DNA from: Callorhinchus milii
Taxonomy: Eukaryota
Assembly: GCF_018977255.1 (NCBI RefSeq)
Contig: NW_024704742.1
Span: forward strand, 134,170,001 to 134,234,000
Direction of reading: 5' to 3'
DNA length: 64,000 nucleotides
Below the pieces are notes generated by a model. That model did not search any database. It was not told where the DNA came from and saw only the letters and a list, made by a program, of their open reading frames with translations. A program made the translations under genes and the position numbers. Each line of letters starts with the position of its first letter. Position 1 is the stretch's first letter. Positions 60,797 through 64,000 of the stretch are shown here, one piece after another.

Positions 60797-61351
60797 CGGG
60801 TTAGGTATTTCTTCACAGTATTAAATCAATAGAATCAAACTGAGAACATGTTGTGACCAGCAAACTACATGTTATGGTACGCATGTTATGGTACAGCACA
60901 CTACATGTTAGATAAAGCTGGAAAATTTACCATCTCCGTGGTAAATTGGGGGTGGGGGAATCTCCTTGGAGCTGAACTGGCTCCAAGATGATATGTTTAC
61001 CAACAGAATGTCTGAATCGAACCAGCACCTCTTTGGGCGGTCTTGGTTGTCCGGTTCCTGAGCCAGACAGGTCTGCAGATCTTCAGGGCAGAGCTGATGA
61101 CAGCACAGCCAACTTAGCTCACTGGCAGGACTTGGAAGGGCAGACAGTAACTGGGGACAGGGATTCATCCCTCTCAGCTCCTGTTAACCCAGCAAGCCAA
61201 AGCCCTAGCGAGTAGGATGGTCCTAGAGCAGCAAAAAAGCTTGCCAGACAGACATCTTTCCGAAAAGCAATTAAAAAAACAGACTTCAGTTTCTGAAACT
61301 TCAGAAACACCAATACACTATAAAAGTTATTTTTTGTAAAAAAGTTATAAA

Positions 61352-61592
61352 GCAACAACATTTGCGTAGCGCCTTTCATGTCGGGAGGACGTCCCAAGAC
61401 GTTGGACAGTCAGAAATTTGGATCCGAGCAGAGGGTTGGGATCAGAAGGGGTGGAGGTCAGGGCATGTAGGGGTAGGAGGGTGGCCAAAGGCGCGGTCGA
61501 AGAGGACAGTCTTGTGCCATGCCTTGAAGGGCGGGAGCGAGGCAAAGGGAATGCGGGATGGAGTTCCAAAGCGTGGCGGCAGAGGCTGAAGA
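61352..61592 (-). mobile_element. L2 LINE 3' fragment
   Basis: Family tail and 3'UTR. Confidence 0.8.
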
Positions 61593-63496
61593 CCTGTCAC
61601 CTGAAGAGAGGCTATTTAAAGCTAATTTTATGTAAGGTTTCAGATTTTGTCTGCAGAAAGCACACATGATCACAAACTTGTGACATGAATTGCTCCCTGA
61701 ACAAGACATAAAGTTAGCATTCACAGCAAGTATGAAGTATAATAATAATAATAATAAGTATGTGCAATGCCTTCATGTCTCCTGCTCTTACTTGCTCCCT
61801 GCCTCGAGCCAATGCTTTTTGCTTCCCAAGACAGGGGAGCTACGAACAACAACAGCAACAACATCTTACATTTATATAGCCCCCCTCTCGTTGGGTAGCA
61901 CCCCAGAGCGCTTGACAGTGGAGAAGCACCACGCCGTGCCGGGGAAGGGGGAAAGTGACCATAGGCAGGGTCGGAGAGTCCTGGACAACAATTCTCCAGA
62001 ATAATTGGTCAATCCCTCAATGACCTTGCTCTGCACAAATTGCATGTTGTGTTTACCTACAAAGGAGTAAATGCATTTGACATTACCTTTAAAGTACTTT
62101 TGAGACATTTAGATGTCACCAAAACTCTATAAAATGCAAATTCTTTCTTAATGATATAATCAACTCCTGAACTCAATGTCATTTTGTTTCAATTCATACA
62201 CGAGGGTAGTCGAGAGCTGCTGAACAATCCTGCATGTATATACAGGAGCAATTCTTATGTTAATTGTTATGTTCTTATTAGTTTGTGACATGACATGTCA
62301 AGCGAATGACAGGATGGTGGAAGACAAACTGGCTGAGCTTTGGTTTTCTTTCGTCTAGCAAATTCTTATGTTCAATTCACAAACATCTCAATTTACACCA
62401 ATTAATGGAATCAAGGTTACCCGAACAGAATGCACATGGGACAAGAGATGACACCCTAAGATTCGACAGGGTTATAGTAGGTATGAAATAGTATGCATGT
62501 GAGGAGAGCTTGGCTAAATTAAACCATTTCCCACTGGAGCAGAGAAGATTGTGAAGGATACAATCAAAGTCAGCACGAAGTCAGGACCCCATCCGCTCGG
62601 GTCTAAATCCCTGATTGTCCAGCGCTTGGGAAATCCTCCCACAGTAGAAGGTGCTACATAAATGTATTGTACTGTAGACAGTGGCAGACTGGCTCTCTGA
62701 AAGTGCTCACCCTTGTTCTCATTTATTGTATAATTAGCATACTGTCATCCGCCAAGCGGGTCTACAATAGAGAAGGTGCAAGAAAACATTCCATCTTCTG
62801 TGTTATAAAGATAATTTATGCAGTTCACATACAGCTTATAATGTCAAAGTGCCTAAAAGTGCTTCTTGGGAATTGCTCTAAGTGCAGTGACTATTTGTGA
62901 ACAAAATCTATTACTACACATTTATCAATAATGCCACTTTTATATTGAAGCTCCTGAGTCCCAAAGTGTGCTACAATGGAGCCATTGCTCATTGTTCTCT
63001 GAACCGCATTTAGGTCACAAGTACTCTCCTTTTTGTGACAACCAAAACTATATGTAGCTTTCCAGATTCAGTCTGACCAAGGCATTCATATAGATTGAGC
63101 ACCACTTCTGGAGCTCAAGCTAAAGTTTCGGCAATATAATAATAATCCTTACATTTGGCATAGCGCTTTTCATGTCGGGAGGACATCCTCTACAGGATAT
63201 ACTGTAAAGTGCAGTGACTGTAATTGTGGGCGAACATGGCAACCAATTTGCACAAAGCAATATCCCACAAACCGCTTTGAAATGAATATCCAATTTTATT
63301 TAGGGGATTGTTGACCCAGGACGTCAGAGAGACTCCCTGAAGAGGTAGATAGCACACACTATCGGGTTCTCTTTGTAAAATCATCTCCTTTAATTCCAGT
63401 TCTCCCTCCCCTCCCAACTGTGTGTCACACTGAACTACTTTGCGCTGTGTCTGCCAATCTACATCCATTTGTTTAAAAATGGAAACTCAAGGCTGG

Positions 63497-63850
63497 AATA
63501 ACAACAACAAAATACATTTGAATTGCACTTTTCATGTCAGGAGACATCCCAAGGTCCTGGACAGTCAAGGATTTGTACCCGAGGTGAGGGTTGGGATAAG
63601 AAAGGGTGGAGGGCATGGAGGGTGGGGGTAGGAGGGTGACCGATAGTATAGTTGAAGAGGAAGGTCTTGGGACTGGCCTGGCAGGAGGCAAGGGAGGGGG
63701 CAAGGCGAAAGGACTGTGGGATGGATTCCCAAAGGTTGGGGCAGAAAGGCTGAAGGCCCAACTGCCGATGGTGAGCCGGGCAAGACTGGGGACATGAGGC
63801 AAGCCGGATTCTGCTGGGCGGAGGGAGCAGACAGGTCAGTATGGTCAGCC
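63497..63850 (-). mobile_element. L2 LINE 3' fragment
   Basis: HVPSLARLTIGSWAFSLSAP and KTFLFNYT motifs plus tail. Confidence 0.82.
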
Positions 63851-64000
63851 GAAGTGAGACGTCTCTGCAACCAATTCCCCAGGTACATATCCCAGGTGTC
63901 GGGTTATATATATATTGCCCCAGCCCACACTCGTTTTCTGCAAGAGTATTTATTTAACCACAAAGTACATCAATTTATGTTTAAAAAGCCATCCAGTGAA

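Noticed and set aside
1..64000. CRISPR arrays, rRNA, operons or other prokaryotic systems
   Set aside because: The sequence is a spliced vertebrate gene locus; no regularly spaced repeat-spacer array or rRNA-like sequence was seen.

Overview
Eukaryotic, vertebrate DNA. The repeat landscape (tRNA-headed SINEs with Deu-like domains, abundant L2 and CR1 LINE 3' fragments, Penelope-type relics) suggests a cartilaginous fish, probably a chimaera/elephant-shark relative; this is inference. The window holds one protein-coding gene, ZNF532, on the minus strand. I reconstructed eight coding exons by hand (35390-32934, 24611-24433, 22441-22265, 19313-19151, 18310-18041, 9605-9493, 3178-3034, 2644-2144). 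All have GT-AG boundaries and compatible phases, giving 4005 nt = 1334 aa plus stop and about 15 C2H2-type fingers. Candidate 5'UTR exons and a CpG-rich, TE-free promoter-like zone lie at about 45.4-49.6 kb. The rest is intron or flank crowded with nested SINE/LINE fragments, and most other ORFs in the track are LINE debris or antisense shadows. I do not see a convincing new multi-gene system. The best leads are: a minimal hammerhead-ribozyme motif on the pre-mRNA strand in an intron (26638-26673); a spliced uORF that becomes an in-frame N-terminal extension with one fewer A in a homopolymer (45513-45699); inverted SINEs around the AUG-containing giant exon (possible circRNA); a visible SINE domain-shuffling series; and two unexplained repeats or duplications. 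TE boundaries are by eye and approximate.
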